Source: an uncultured bacterium (GTDB lineage Bacteria > Desulfobacterota_D > UBA1144 > Nemesobacterales > UBA2774). From it: a stretch of DNA of 64,000 bases. The notes under the pieces are model-generated. The model ran no database searches and was not told the origin of the DNA. It saw only the letters and a list, made by a program, of their open reading frames with translations. Shown piece by piece: positions 53,901 to 61,749 of this stretch (position 1 is the stretch's first letter; each line of letters starts with the position of its first letter). The DNA is taken from assembly GCA_963825135.1 (NCBI GenBank), contig CAWGRW010000009.1, positions 1,440,001 to 1,504,000 on the forward strand. Direction: 5' to 3'. Position numbers and translations under genes: made by a program.

Positions 53901-54651
53901 AGGGGAGGGCGGAAACGCCCTGGCGTCACTCGTCGGCAATGCGCTCACTCTCGATAAAGAGGTCTATAAGGAGTACCTGCGCTCGTTCAAGGAGCCGGCC
54001 CCGGATACTGGGGCCGATCATATTAAAATCGACGGGATTGAATACGGGATATTGAAATTCGAGAACGTCGAATGCTCGCTCGAAGCCGACAGGGGCAAGA
54101 TCGGGATAATAAAGCTCGCCGCCGGTTTCTTCGGCGGGAATCTCTACGCAAACGGGGTCCTTAACCTGGGCGGAGCCGAGAGTGTTTATAATTTCTCATT
54201 CCTCTTTAACGATATCAGCCTCGACGCTATTTCGAAGCGGCTGTCGCCGTCCGAGGAATATATAACGGGGAGGTTAAACGGTCTCGTCTGGCTCACGGGG
54301 GAGGGAGGGGACCTGAACACCATAGACGGCCCCTTCGAGTTCTGGTCAATCAGCTCCGCGAAAGAACCCAGGTCCATCGGCAAGGCTCTTCTCGATAAGC
54401 TCGGAGCGAAAGAGAGACTCATCCTGGGCTCCTCGCGCAGCTATGATAACGGTGAGATTTCAGGTTATATTAATGACGGCGTAATAACGTTCAAAAAGTT
54501 TAATATTTCTAATTCGATTCTTGGAATTAGGAACCTGTCGATTCAGGCGGACCCGGTGAAGAATTCGATCTCCATCGCGCACCTTGCGTCCGTGATAAGG
54601 GAAATCGCGAGAAGGTCGCAGTCGGGCGGTCCGACGATAGAAACTCAATAA
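50950..54651 (+). CDS. AsmA-like (YdbH-type) intermembrane bridge protein
   Basis: 1233 aa, one N-terminal TM, IRLDGL..SSLLSRSVKIGEIIIDRPVV AsmA start, Gly-rich beta-strand repeats, FFGGNLYANG; next gene YdbL-like. Confidence 0.8.
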   Translation: MTLLRNGLARVLLIISLVVCTVLIFLNIFLGGKISRLAPEYLDRFSRQSGFTLRVNKAGLDPLFRIRLDGLNAADPAAPDKPLAEIETLTIDPRIFSSLLSRSVKIGEIIIDRPVVRYDGKSAGRIIAMIREGEGGGKGSQVEIGRIRLNDARVEVGPGSAFTSGAMDIRIAGERSRNGSSIGIVGDVTVFGKGMSVEGSLDLKPGETSGKFNIETDKFQIGSLPGPSEGAGNLKGVLELSFSAAENVRSRGELTVRSDDEGSGTGRAALGTLKYGLTYDKAEAAAHVSALNFDMMNVLHGSLSGDVKSVTENPEFDLHGSAQSSDLKLLSKLVPEIKADTITGNLRSDNLRVSGSIGKNSVELTGGVALDGIGFAYSDDSLSIAGLNCALDVKQDIGGGYGLSFISRGPCSVEKLSQKDLGEVNGISAGVEIKGSDLWKSKELLFSDLNGIYMDGVVSGSFGLSVINGRSKIDGSLTGANLNLKKVPKSLVPFDLEGSARSLSADIEGNQGAYEAGVSFAVSDLIVRSNTGREFKVSKAGSSGPLDLEYVEKAADEGKEAERKIKINGKGLSYESLSFGEYFIEGGKVDDLSFSLDPGGGWALSMASQGKGFQVSGREIGLEQFKEHIEIEDSGRRGFSGTITGTGGRFKSVTFPELSAEYVFGGDFLDIRKLSTKVSTIGELRTDDLRVEFGAGKGGYPYTIKLNDGVFSGYEDKLRSEGISGTFVVNDPETSKTEWEGAASALKTDIFSQVVEGLHLTASPSPDGILLKDITGKLLNGEVKGRADIVTSGTPARIITDIGLKNASVKSGDLDIALGSADFAFSGTVPDDSLPEGTGKLEFDRLNLKKPVMDLVDSGSVNIRTSGETLFIEDGFIRDKDKSELRFLGEMGNSLSADRRLEVVFPDFALASAVKFLSPLMPVTIKEGQVSGTASFNVVFNRVFDAGSSWSGGLSFKGASFAAYIGGADLSLRGINGSITVKDEGEGGNALASLVGNALTLDKEVYKEYLRSFKEPAPDTGADHIKIDGIEYGILKFENVECSLEADRGKIGIIKLAAGFFGGNLYANGVLNLGGAESVYNFSFLFNDISLDAISKRLSPSEEYITGRLNGLVWLTGEGGDLNTIDGPFEFWSISSAKEPRSIGKALLDKLGAKERLILGSSRSYDNGEISGYINDGVITFKKFNISNSILGIRNLSIQADPVKNSISIAHLASVIREIARRSQSGGPTIETQ

Positions 54652-54664
54652 ACGAGGTGAAATA

Positions 54665-55342
54665 ATGGATAGGCGTATATCGAGGGTCCTGCAGTCTTCT
54701 CTTTTCATTCTAACGCTCTATTCCTTGTCCTGCGCGACTATTACCGTCAACGTGTATTTTCCGGCGGAAGAGGTCAGGGAGGCTTATTCGAACCTGGAGG
54801 ACGAGTTCCTCGATCAGGGCTCAAAGGGTAACGCCGGTTCCGAGAAAAAACAGCCGGTCGAAAACAAACCCGCGCCCTCGCCCTCACCGTCCCCTCAGAG
54901 TATGAGAAAGTATCAGGACAAGCCGGCTCTCTCGTCGGAGAGGAAATATCTCGTAATCAAAAAAGAGATATCACTCGATTTCAGCGACTATGCCTGGGCT
55001 CAGGGCAATATAGCCCAACAAATCACCCAGAAGATACGCAGCATGCCGGATGTTATCCAGGCTTATAAGCGGAGGTCCCAGCGCCTGGGCGAAATAAATC
55101 AGATGCTCTCTCAGGGTCTCGTCGTGGAAGGCAACCAGGGGCTGCTCATTCAGAAAGGCAGTCTAGCCCCGGGGCAGACACAGGCCCTCAACGCGGAGAA
55201 CGCCGACCGTCAGGTGATTATCAGGGGGATGGCGAAGGCGATAGTGGAGATTAATAACATAGACCCCACGCCTGAAAATATAGATAAGGTGCTCCCTGAG
55301 GCAGCAAGGCAGTTCGCGAGCGTGAGGCAGAGCGAGAGGTAG
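54665..55342 (+). CDS. Lipoprotein, YnbE-like N-terminus fused to YdbL/DUF1318-like domain
   Basis: Lipobox SLS|C then ATITVNVYFPAEEV; C-terminal VEGNQGLL..AENADR..FA. Confidence 0.75.
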   Translation: MDRRISRVLQSSLFILTLYSLSCATITVNVYFPAEEVREAYSNLEDEFLDQGSKGNAGSEKKQPVENKPAPSPSPSPQSMRKYQDKPALSSERKYLVIKKEISLDFSDYAWAQGNIAQQITQKIRSMPDVIQAYKRRSQRLGEINQMLSQGLVVEGNQGLLIQKGSLAPGQTQALNAENADRQVIIRGMAKAIVEINNIDPTPENIDKVLPEAARQFASVRQSER

Positions 55343-55572
55343 GGGGCTGCGGCGCTTCATGCCGATAGCCTGAGATTGAGTTCCGGCTTACGGAGGGGGC
55401 TTCCCGCATCGGCCTTCCCGTGAGGGATTGCCCCCAAGGGGATGGGCTTGGAGTCCCTGCCGGACCGCCCGTCGTCGAATATTTCACATCTTGAAGTTGT
55501 TCCGTATTTGTTGTCTAATAAGAAGCGTAAGGTTGCCCATTCCGTATAGAATCATCACCTGGAGGATGAGAT

Positions 55573-56826
55573 ATGCGCCCGAGAATAGTTCTCCTGGCCG
55601 TCATAGCAGTGTTAACCGCCTTTGCTCCTCTTACGTCGGACGCAAAGAAGTTGTTTGTCGCCAATATAAAAGTCGATGACGAGGTGGAATTCGAGGGCAC
55701 GGACAGTCTTTTCAAGGTCGTCGATTTTTTTGACAACAAATCGCTCAAGGAATTCTTCCCGGATTACACGTCGAATTCCGCCGTATTGGCGAGGGTCGAT
55801 CTGAGGGGGATCGATCTCGAAGTAGAGTATCATCAGAATTCGTCGGTCCTTATCGTCAGGATACCTTCAAAAAATTTCGAAGTCAGATTCGAGGGGGCAA
55901 ACCGCAACCAGAGCCAGGAGCAGTTCGAGGACTGGCTCAAAGGCGATTTCGAATCCCTTACGGCTCCGAGCGGGAAGCTTACGACGCTCCTCCACATAGT
56001 TGTGGCGAACTCCCCTGTCGAGCCCGTCGCGGGGAACCCGAACAGTCTTCTGACCAGGATGTTCCTGTCCGATTTCAACGCGGGCATAACAGGGCCCTTT
56101 ATCAGCTCCGGAAAACGCGTGGAGGGGAATCAGAACTTCCTCACGCTCGGCGGAGAGTTCGGATTCTTCAACGCGGGCCCTTACGACGGCCAGGTGCTGA
56201 ATTTCCCGATAAATTACAAGTGGAATTTCAAAGGGTGGCCGAAGCTCTCGTGGATATTCGACCTCCCCGTAACGCTTACGAGGGACGAGACGGGGTGGGC
56301 TTACATGGCTTCCTTCGGCACGGGCTTCCAGTTCAGGCCTTACAAATGGTGGAGCATCACCCCGATGGGTCGTATAGGCGGGGTCGGTTCTTTCGACGTG
56401 GGGGCGCTGGCGGTTCTGGTTTCGGGGAGTCTTACGAATTATTTCCAGGGCAGTATCGGCTCCACGAACCTCGGCTTCGGGACGATGACGGGCATATCGA
56501 CTACGATAGACGGGATCAAGGTGGGGGGTTACGACCTCAGCTACGAGCTTACGAATTACGTGCTCCGTAACGGCGGCAACCTGACTCAGAAGCTCAATTT
56601 TAATTTCCTCGGGAACCCCGCGGCGTTCAAGCTCTTCCTTAACCACACGAAATTCTGGGGCAACGAGCTCTACCTGAATTCCTTTTTCGATATGGGGCTC
56701 GCATTCGTAACGATAAAGAAGGTCGCGGATTCCTTCGTGGAGGCGCTCGACCTTTCGTTCACGTTCTCCGCGGGCGTCGATAACGACTACAACAATTACA
56801 GCATTCAATTGACTTACCGTTTCTGA
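55573..56826 (+). CDS. Outer-membrane beta-barrel protein of unknown function
   Basis: Signal peptide, amphipathic aromatic strands in the C-terminal half, terminal beta-signal IQLTYRF; GGAGG RBS. Confidence 0.8.
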   Translation: MRPRIVLLAVIAVLTAFAPLTSDAKKLFVANIKVDDEVEFEGTDSLFKVVDFFDNKSLKEFFPDYTSNSAVLARVDLRGIDLEVEYHQNSSVLIVRIPSKNFEVRFEGANRNQSQEQFEDWLKGDFESLTAPSGKLTTLLHIVVANSPVEPVAGNPNSLLTRMFLSDFNAGITGPFISSGKRVEGNQNFLTLGGEFGFFNAGPYDGQVLNFPINYKWNFKGWPKLSWIFDLPVTLTRDETGWAYMASFGTGFQFRPYKWWSITPMGRIGGVGSFDVGALAVLVSGSLTNYFQGSIGSTNLGFGTMTGISTTIDGIKVGGYDLSYELTNYVLRNGGNLTQKLNFNFLGNPAAFKLFLNHTKFWGNELYLNSFFDMGLAFVTIKKVADSFVEALDLSFTFSAGVDNDYNNYSIQLTYRF

Positions 56827-56848
56827 CCCGCACGCACACGTAGTGCGG

Positions 56849-56880
56849 CACACAATGTGTGCACACACAATGTGTGTTTT
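56849..56880 (+). terminator. Probable terminator built from two tandem palindromic repeats
   Basis: CACACAATGTGTG twice (56849-56861, 56864-56876) then TTTT. Confidence 0.55.
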
Positions 56881-56990
56881 ATGATTCCATCCAACTCTTC
56901 TGCTTCCGCCGCTTCCCCTATCGGTTCTCTCCAAAATCCTCTATTATTTGGTTATGATATATCCCGATCATACCGTCGGAGGTCGTTAGA

Positions 56991-57674
56991 ATGTCTGGGA
57001 CCGTCAGACCGGGCTTCCTAGCCCTGATATTCAGCTCGACTCAATACAAGATGTTCAATTTCATGGTCTCGATTCTGCTCCTGCTGATCCTCTCGGCGGT
57101 GCTCGAAGGCACCGAATACGGATATATCGTAATTAATACGATGAGCAGTATCGTTTTCTTTCTCGGGGTCTATGCCGTGGGCAGGAGCAGGCGCGCTCTC
57201 GTCACCTTGATTTTACTGGGGCTGCCGTGGTTTTTCTCCGAGTGGGCCTTCACGAAATCGAGCAGGACCATATTCACGAGTATGCTCTTTTTCATTTTCG
57301 TGACCGCCACTATATTCGAGCATATCTTGAAAGCGGAGGAGGTGACGACCGATACGTTGTACGGCGCCGTCTGTGTTTATCTCCTCCTCGGGATAATGTG
57401 GGCCTCTATTTACGGTTTCCTCGAATATATTACGCCCGGGGCGGTCTTCAGGGGGTCTGACGTGGGTGCCAATACGAAGCTCAGCACGAACGAGCTCATA
57501 TATTACAGCTATTCCACGCTCGCGACCATAGGCTACGGGGATATCACATCCGTGACGCCGGTCGGGAGGATTTTATCGGTGCTCGAGGCCGTATTCGGCC
57601 AGCTCTATATCGCGTTCCTCGTCGCGAGACTGATAAGCATATATACAATGGACGCGCTCAGGAGAAAAGACTGA
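56991..57674 (+). CDS. Potassium channel family protein
   Basis: Pore YYSYSTLATIGYGDI with GYGD filter, then LEAVFGQLY..LVARL. Confidence 0.9.
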   Translation: MSGTVRPGFLALIFSSTQYKMFNFMVSILLLLILSAVLEGTEYGYIVINTMSSIVFFLGVYAVGRSRRALVTLILLGLPWFFSEWAFTKSSRTIFTSMLFFIFVTATIFEHILKAEEVTTDTLYGAVCVYLLLGIMWASIYGFLEYITPGAVFRGSDVGANTKLSTNELIYYSYSTLATIGYGDITSVTPVGRILSVLEAVFGQLYIAFLVARLISIYTMDALRRKD

Positions 57675-57680
57675 TAGGTC

Positions 57681-58283
57681 TTAGTTCGGAATAGTCAGGT
57701 TGCTTATAAATTTAACGCCTATGACAACGGCGCCCATCCTGATCCACCACCCCAGAAACACTATCGGGATGAAGAGCGCCGCCGGGTAACGCATCATCCC
57801 GCATGCGGCGTACATCGGGTGGACAGGTATCGGCGACATGGCGCCCCCGAATAACAGCAGGCTCACGATCTTGAGCGAACGGCCCTTCGTCCACCTGTGG
57901 TTTTGAACCTCCGGAAATTTTCTCCTCACGAACGGCGTATCCCCGAAGTACCTGCCGAGAAAGTACGATACTGACGAGCCCGTAACAGCCCCGAGCGCTA
58001 TTAATGTTATCAACCTCCCGGGCTCGTACCCCAAAATTGTCCCCAGCACCGCGTAGGCCGTAACGGGAAACGTGATGGGGGAGCTGCTGACGGCGGTAAT
58101 CAAGTACAGCATGATGTCCGTGTTTCTTTGACCGTAGCTCGTGAGGAGACCCTCGCCAAAATCGAGCAGCCTTTCGCCGTAGAATAGCGAGACCGCGGAG
58201 CTTGCCAGCACCATTCCGAATGTGACCAGCAGGGCCAGCTTTATCGAGTTAGGGACCGCCCGGAGCCTGACAGGGATCATCAC
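57681..58283 (-). CDS. DedA/VTT-family membrane protein
   Basis: GAVTGSSVSYFLGRY, SPIP..ACG..RY..F..G..IR. Confidence 0.78.
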   Translation of the reverse strand: MMIPVRLRAVPNSIKLALLVTFGMVLASSAVSLFYGERLLDFGEGLLTSYGQRNTDIMLYLITAVSSSPITFPVTAYAVLGTILGYEPGRLITLIALGAVTGSSVSYFLGRYFGDTPFVRRKFPEVQNHRWTKGRSLKIVSLLLFGGAMSPIPVHPMYAACGMMRYPAALFIPIVFLGWWIRMGAVVIGVKFISNLTIPN

Positions 58284-58430
58284 GTGTAATAAGAAAACAT
58301 GGCCGTCTTTAATTTCGGTTAAGCGGCCGTGAATCTATGATGAAGCTCAAAATGCGTATAGCGGGTATTTTTTGACAATTTTCATCACAGGGAATTGATA
58401 AGGCCGTTAAATCAGGGTTCAATATTTCGG

Positions 58431-59450
58431 ATGAGCGAGCGTAAGATAGTAATAATCCCGGGGGACGGCATCGGTCCCGAGATCACGGCTGCTGTGATGA
58501 AGGTTATCGAGGCCTCCGGCGCGGAAATCACGTGGATCGAGCGCGTAGCCGGCCTCGCCGCCCTCGAGAAGGGCATGGACGTGCTTCCGGACGAGACTCT
58601 GGAGGCTATAAAGGAACACAAGGTCGCATTGAAGGGTCCCTGCACTACCCCGATCGGCGAAGGTTTTACATCCGTAAACGTAAAGCTCAGAAAGACACTC
58701 GACCTTTACGCCGCCGTGAGGCCCGTCAGGAACCTCCCGGGTGTTATAACGCGGTTCAGGAATGTGGATATAGTTATCATACGCGAGAATACCGAGGGAC
58801 TTTACAGCGGGGTTGAGAACATCATTACGCCGGGAGTCGTGATGAGCATGAAAGTCGCGACTGAGAAGGCCTGCACCCGTATTTCGCACTGGGCTTTCGA
58901 ATACGCGCTTCACCGTCACAGGAAAAAGATCACGGTCTTACACAAAGCCAACATCATGAAATTGACGGACGGGCTCTTTATCAGGAAATCGAAGGAAGCG
59001 AGCAGGGAATACAGTGACATCCAATACGAGGAGATGATAATCGACGCGGGGTGCATGAAGCTCGTACAGGACCCGGCCCTTTTCGATATGCTGCTTCTCG
59101 AAAACCTCTACGGGGACTTGATCAGCGACCTGTGCGCGGGACTGGTCGGCGGGTTAGGGGTAGTGCCCGGAGCTAACATAGGCGACAGGGAAGCCGTCTT
59201 CGAGGCCGTCCACGGCTCGGCTCCCGATATAGCCGGAAAAGGCGTCGCGAACCCGCTCGCGCTCCTCATGTCGGGGGTGATGATGCTCAACCACCTTGCG
59301 GATACGGAGGGGCGGGAGGACCTCCGCGCCTCAGCCGTGAAGATAAAAAACGCTTATGACAGCGCCCTCCAGGAGGGCGACCGGACACGCGACCTCGGCG
59401 GAAAGCTCGGCACCATGGAATTCGCCGACGCGCTGATCAGGAGAATGTAA
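58431..59450 (+). CDS. Isocitrate/isopropylmalate dehydrogenase family, probably NAD-dependent isocitrate dehydrogenase
   Basis: IPGDGIGPE, KGPCTTP..SVNVKLRK, RENTEG, HKANIMK, NLYGDLISD, EAVHGSAPDIAG. Confidence 0.88.
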   Translation: MSERKIVIIPGDGIGPEITAAVMKVIEASGAEITWIERVAGLAALEKGMDVLPDETLEAIKEHKVALKGPCTTPIGEGFTSVNVKLRKTLDLYAAVRPVRNLPGVITRFRNVDIVIIRENTEGLYSGVENIITPGVVMSMKVATEKACTRISHWAFEYALHRHRKKITVLHKANIMKLTDGLFIRKSKEASREYSDIQYEEMIIDAGCMKLVQDPALFDMLLLENLYGDLISDLCAGLVGGLGVVPGANIGDREAVFEAVHGSAPDIAGKGVANPLALLMSGVMMLNHLADTEGREDLRASAVKIKNAYDSALQEGDRTRDLGGKLGTMEFADALIRRM

Positions 59451-59493
59451 TGCGGGTTAGAATGGTCCGCCTGAGATCTAATCCGGAATTTGC

Positions 59494-60456
59494 TTAAGAG
59501 GCCGGTTTAATGTTTTCCTTGACTACCCTCAGAAAATTACCGCCCATGATTTTTCTCACTCTGCTCTCGGAGTATCCTTTCTTCTGGAAATAATCAGCTA
59601 TCTTCGGCAGGTCCGCGATCCTTCTCAGGTCTTCGGGGAAGTCCTCGATCCTGGCCCCGTCCATGTCGCTCCCAATGCCCACGTGGTCCTCGCCGCAAAG
59701 ATTGACTATATAGTCCGCATGCCTGAACACGTCTTCCACCGTGGGCGTGCTATCCCCCGTCCTGAGGAACTGGTTATAGAGCACGATCCCGATGACTCCC
59801 CCTCTTTCCGAGATAGCGAGGAGCTGGTTGTCTTTCAGGTTCCTCGGGTGCTCGGTGAGCGACCTCGCGTTTGAGTGCGAGGCTATGGGTATGAGACTCG
59901 TGAGCCGTATCGCTTCCCAGAACCCCTTTTCGTTGATATGAGAGAGGTCGAGCGTGATATGGAGCTCGTTCATTCCCTTTATCAGCTCCCTCCCCTCGTC
60001 CGTGAGCCCTTCTTCGGTCTCGTTCCCCGAGGCGTATCGGTTCTTATCGTTCCATGTAAGCCCTATCAGCCTCACTCCCCGTTCGTAGAATTCACCGAGC
60101 TTGTCAGGGCCTTCAATCGGGTCAGCACCCTCCACGAGCGTAAGGAACCCGGTTCTCCCGTCGGAGCCTGTACTCATGAGGTCCTCACGCGTCTTTATCT
60201 GAAAGACTTCGTCTTTATGCTCTTTATAAATCCTGTCGTATGTGTCGAACTGACGGAGCGCCGATTCGAGCGTCTTTTCCGGCTTGTGTTTAGGGTGTAC
60301 GAATATTGTATTGAATACGAGACGGATGTTGGCTTCTTTCATCCAGGGGAGTGTGATCATGCAGGGTACGGAGGGGCTAACGAAGTCCCTGTCGTAGTAG
60401 TTTAAATGGAACGCGATGTCTTCGTGCGCGTCGAGTATGAATAAATCCTTAAGCAC
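59494..60456 (-). CDS. Membrane dipeptidase family (M19) amidohydrolase
   Basis: DAHED, VEG, LTWN, DLSH, ASHSN, HPRN, GSDMDG, GGNFLRV. Confidence 0.93.
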   Translation of the reverse strand: MLKDLFILDAHEDIAFHLNYYDRDFVSPSVPCMITLPWMKEANIRLVFNTIFVHPKHKPEKTLESALRQFDTYDRIYKEHKDEVFQIKTREDLMSTGSDGRTGFLTLVEGADPIEGPDKLGEFYERGVRLIGLTWNDKNRYASGNETEEGLTDEGRELIKGMNELHITLDLSHINEKGFWEAIRLTSLIPIASHSNARSLTEHPRNLKDNQLLAISERGGVIGIVLYNQFLRTGDSTPTVEDVFRHADYIVNLCGEDHVGIGSDMDGARIEDFPEDLRRIADLPKIADYFQKKGYSESRVRKIMGGNFLRVVKENIKPAS

Positions 60457-60507
60457 TATTTCCCGCCTGTTCCCGATAATTTCTATTCGAGCCCTTGTGT
60501 CTTCCGG

Positions 60508-61749
60508 CTAGATATAAAACCCCATGCTCGCGTAACTCACTACCGACCCCGTATCCGGCTCGAGCGCCTGCCCGTAATCGAGCAGCTTACCCCTCTCCGC
60601 GTCGATCGCCGCGAGCGTCGCGTATATAGGTGAGAGCCCGCAGACCTTCCGCCAGTCCTTCTCCTCCTCGACGGAGCGGTAAAACCCCTCGGCGTCCATC
60701 TTCTCGCCGAAGGAGAGGCTCAGCATGTCTCTTTCTCTTATCTTGCCGAGCGTGAGATCGTTTACGGGTTCTTTGTCCCCGAACTTGAGCCCCACGTGGG
60801 CCATGTCCGCCCCCGCGATTATAAAGACGTTATCGCCCGTATCCCTTACGATCCCCGCGACCGCTTCGAGAAAGACGGATATGTATTCGTCCTCGGCCGG
60901 CGATCTGCCGTCCATGACCAGTCTGTAAAACGAGTTGCAGAGTACGGGCACTATTTTGTATTTCTTTTTTCCGTTCAGCATATGCTGAAGGAACGCGACC
61001 TGGAACTCTATCGAATGCTCGGTACGGTGCGAGATCTCGCCATCATACAAATCCCATCCGCACGCTCCTTCGAGCTTCTCGATTATCTTCCTGTCCGTTT
61101 CAGCTTCCCCGAGGGGCGTCATAAAGTTCTTTCTGGTCAGGATAAACGGGTTTTCCACTTCGGCATAATGAGAGGTGCCGAAGATAATAAATGTATCCGC
61201 TTCGTTTTCCCGAAGCAGTTCCCTGTATGCGAGCGCGTACGATACACCGCCCCTCCCGTAGTCGATATGAGGGGAAATCAGCCCCCGTAACTTTCCGGGG
61301 GTTTCTTCATAGGGCCGGCTCTCTTCCGCCTTGCCGAAAAAGGCCTTAAACCATCTGTCGAGCTCCTTCGGGTCACCGGGGTACGACAGGCCCGCGTGGC
61401 TCGACTCCCTCGTCACCGCTTCCCGGAAACCGGATTCAAGCCGGTGCTTATAGTCCCTGAAATTTTCGCTTTCGAGAAAGAGCGCTTCGTCGAGCTGTTC
61501 TATTAAATCCTCTATTTCGTCCGATAGCACAAGCTCCCCGAACCTCTCCATGCAGAGCGACTGAATATCGCGGACGGTCTTTGTCCCGTCGAAGAGGCTC
61601 AATATCCTGAGAGTATCTATCGGGACTGCGAGGATCTTATCCGACAGGTTCTGCGGGTCCCTCAGGCATATGATCCTCTCCCCTTCGACCTCCGCGGGGA
61701 CGGCCTCGACGTATCTCAGTCTCGGATATTCAAGAGTTTTATCGGTCAT
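60508..61749 (-). CDS. MEMO1 / AmmeMemoRadiSam protein B with N-terminal extension
   Basis: HAGLSYP, SPHIDY, GTSH, TPLG, EHSIEFQ, ADMAHVG, VCG; ATGA overlap with upstream gene. Confidence 0.9.
   Translation of the reverse strand: MTDKTLEYPRLRYVEAVPAEVEGERIICLRDPQNLSDKILAVPIDTLRILSLFDGTKTVRDIQSLCMERFGELVLSDEIEDLIEQLDEALFLESENFRDYKHRLESGFREAVTRESSHAGLSYPGDPKELDRWFKAFFGKAEESRPYEETPGKLRGLISPHIDYGRGGVSYALAYRELLRENEADTFIIFGTSHYAEVENPFILTRKNFMTPLGEAETDRKIIEKLEGACGWDLYDGEISHRTEHSIEFQVAFLQHMLNGKKKYKIVPVLCNSFYRLVMDGRSPAEDEYISVFLEAVAGIVRDTGDNVFIIAGADMAHVGLKFGDKEPVNDLTLGKIRERDMLSLSFGEKMDAEGFYRSVEEEKDWRKVCGLSPIYATLAAIDAERGKLLDYGQALEPDTGSVVSYASMGFYI

Noticed and set aside
55343..55400. GGGG..stem..CTGAGA resembling the 5' half of a TPP riboswitch
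   Set aside because: ACCC, GAACCTGA and TAAT..GCG.AGGGA elements are absent
56849..56876. Mini CRISPR array
   Set aside because: Only two 13-bp repeats with a 2-bp gap, no spacers, no cas genes
55867..56934. 355-aa minus-strand ORF
   Set aside because: Antisense shadow of the OM barrel gene; no motifs
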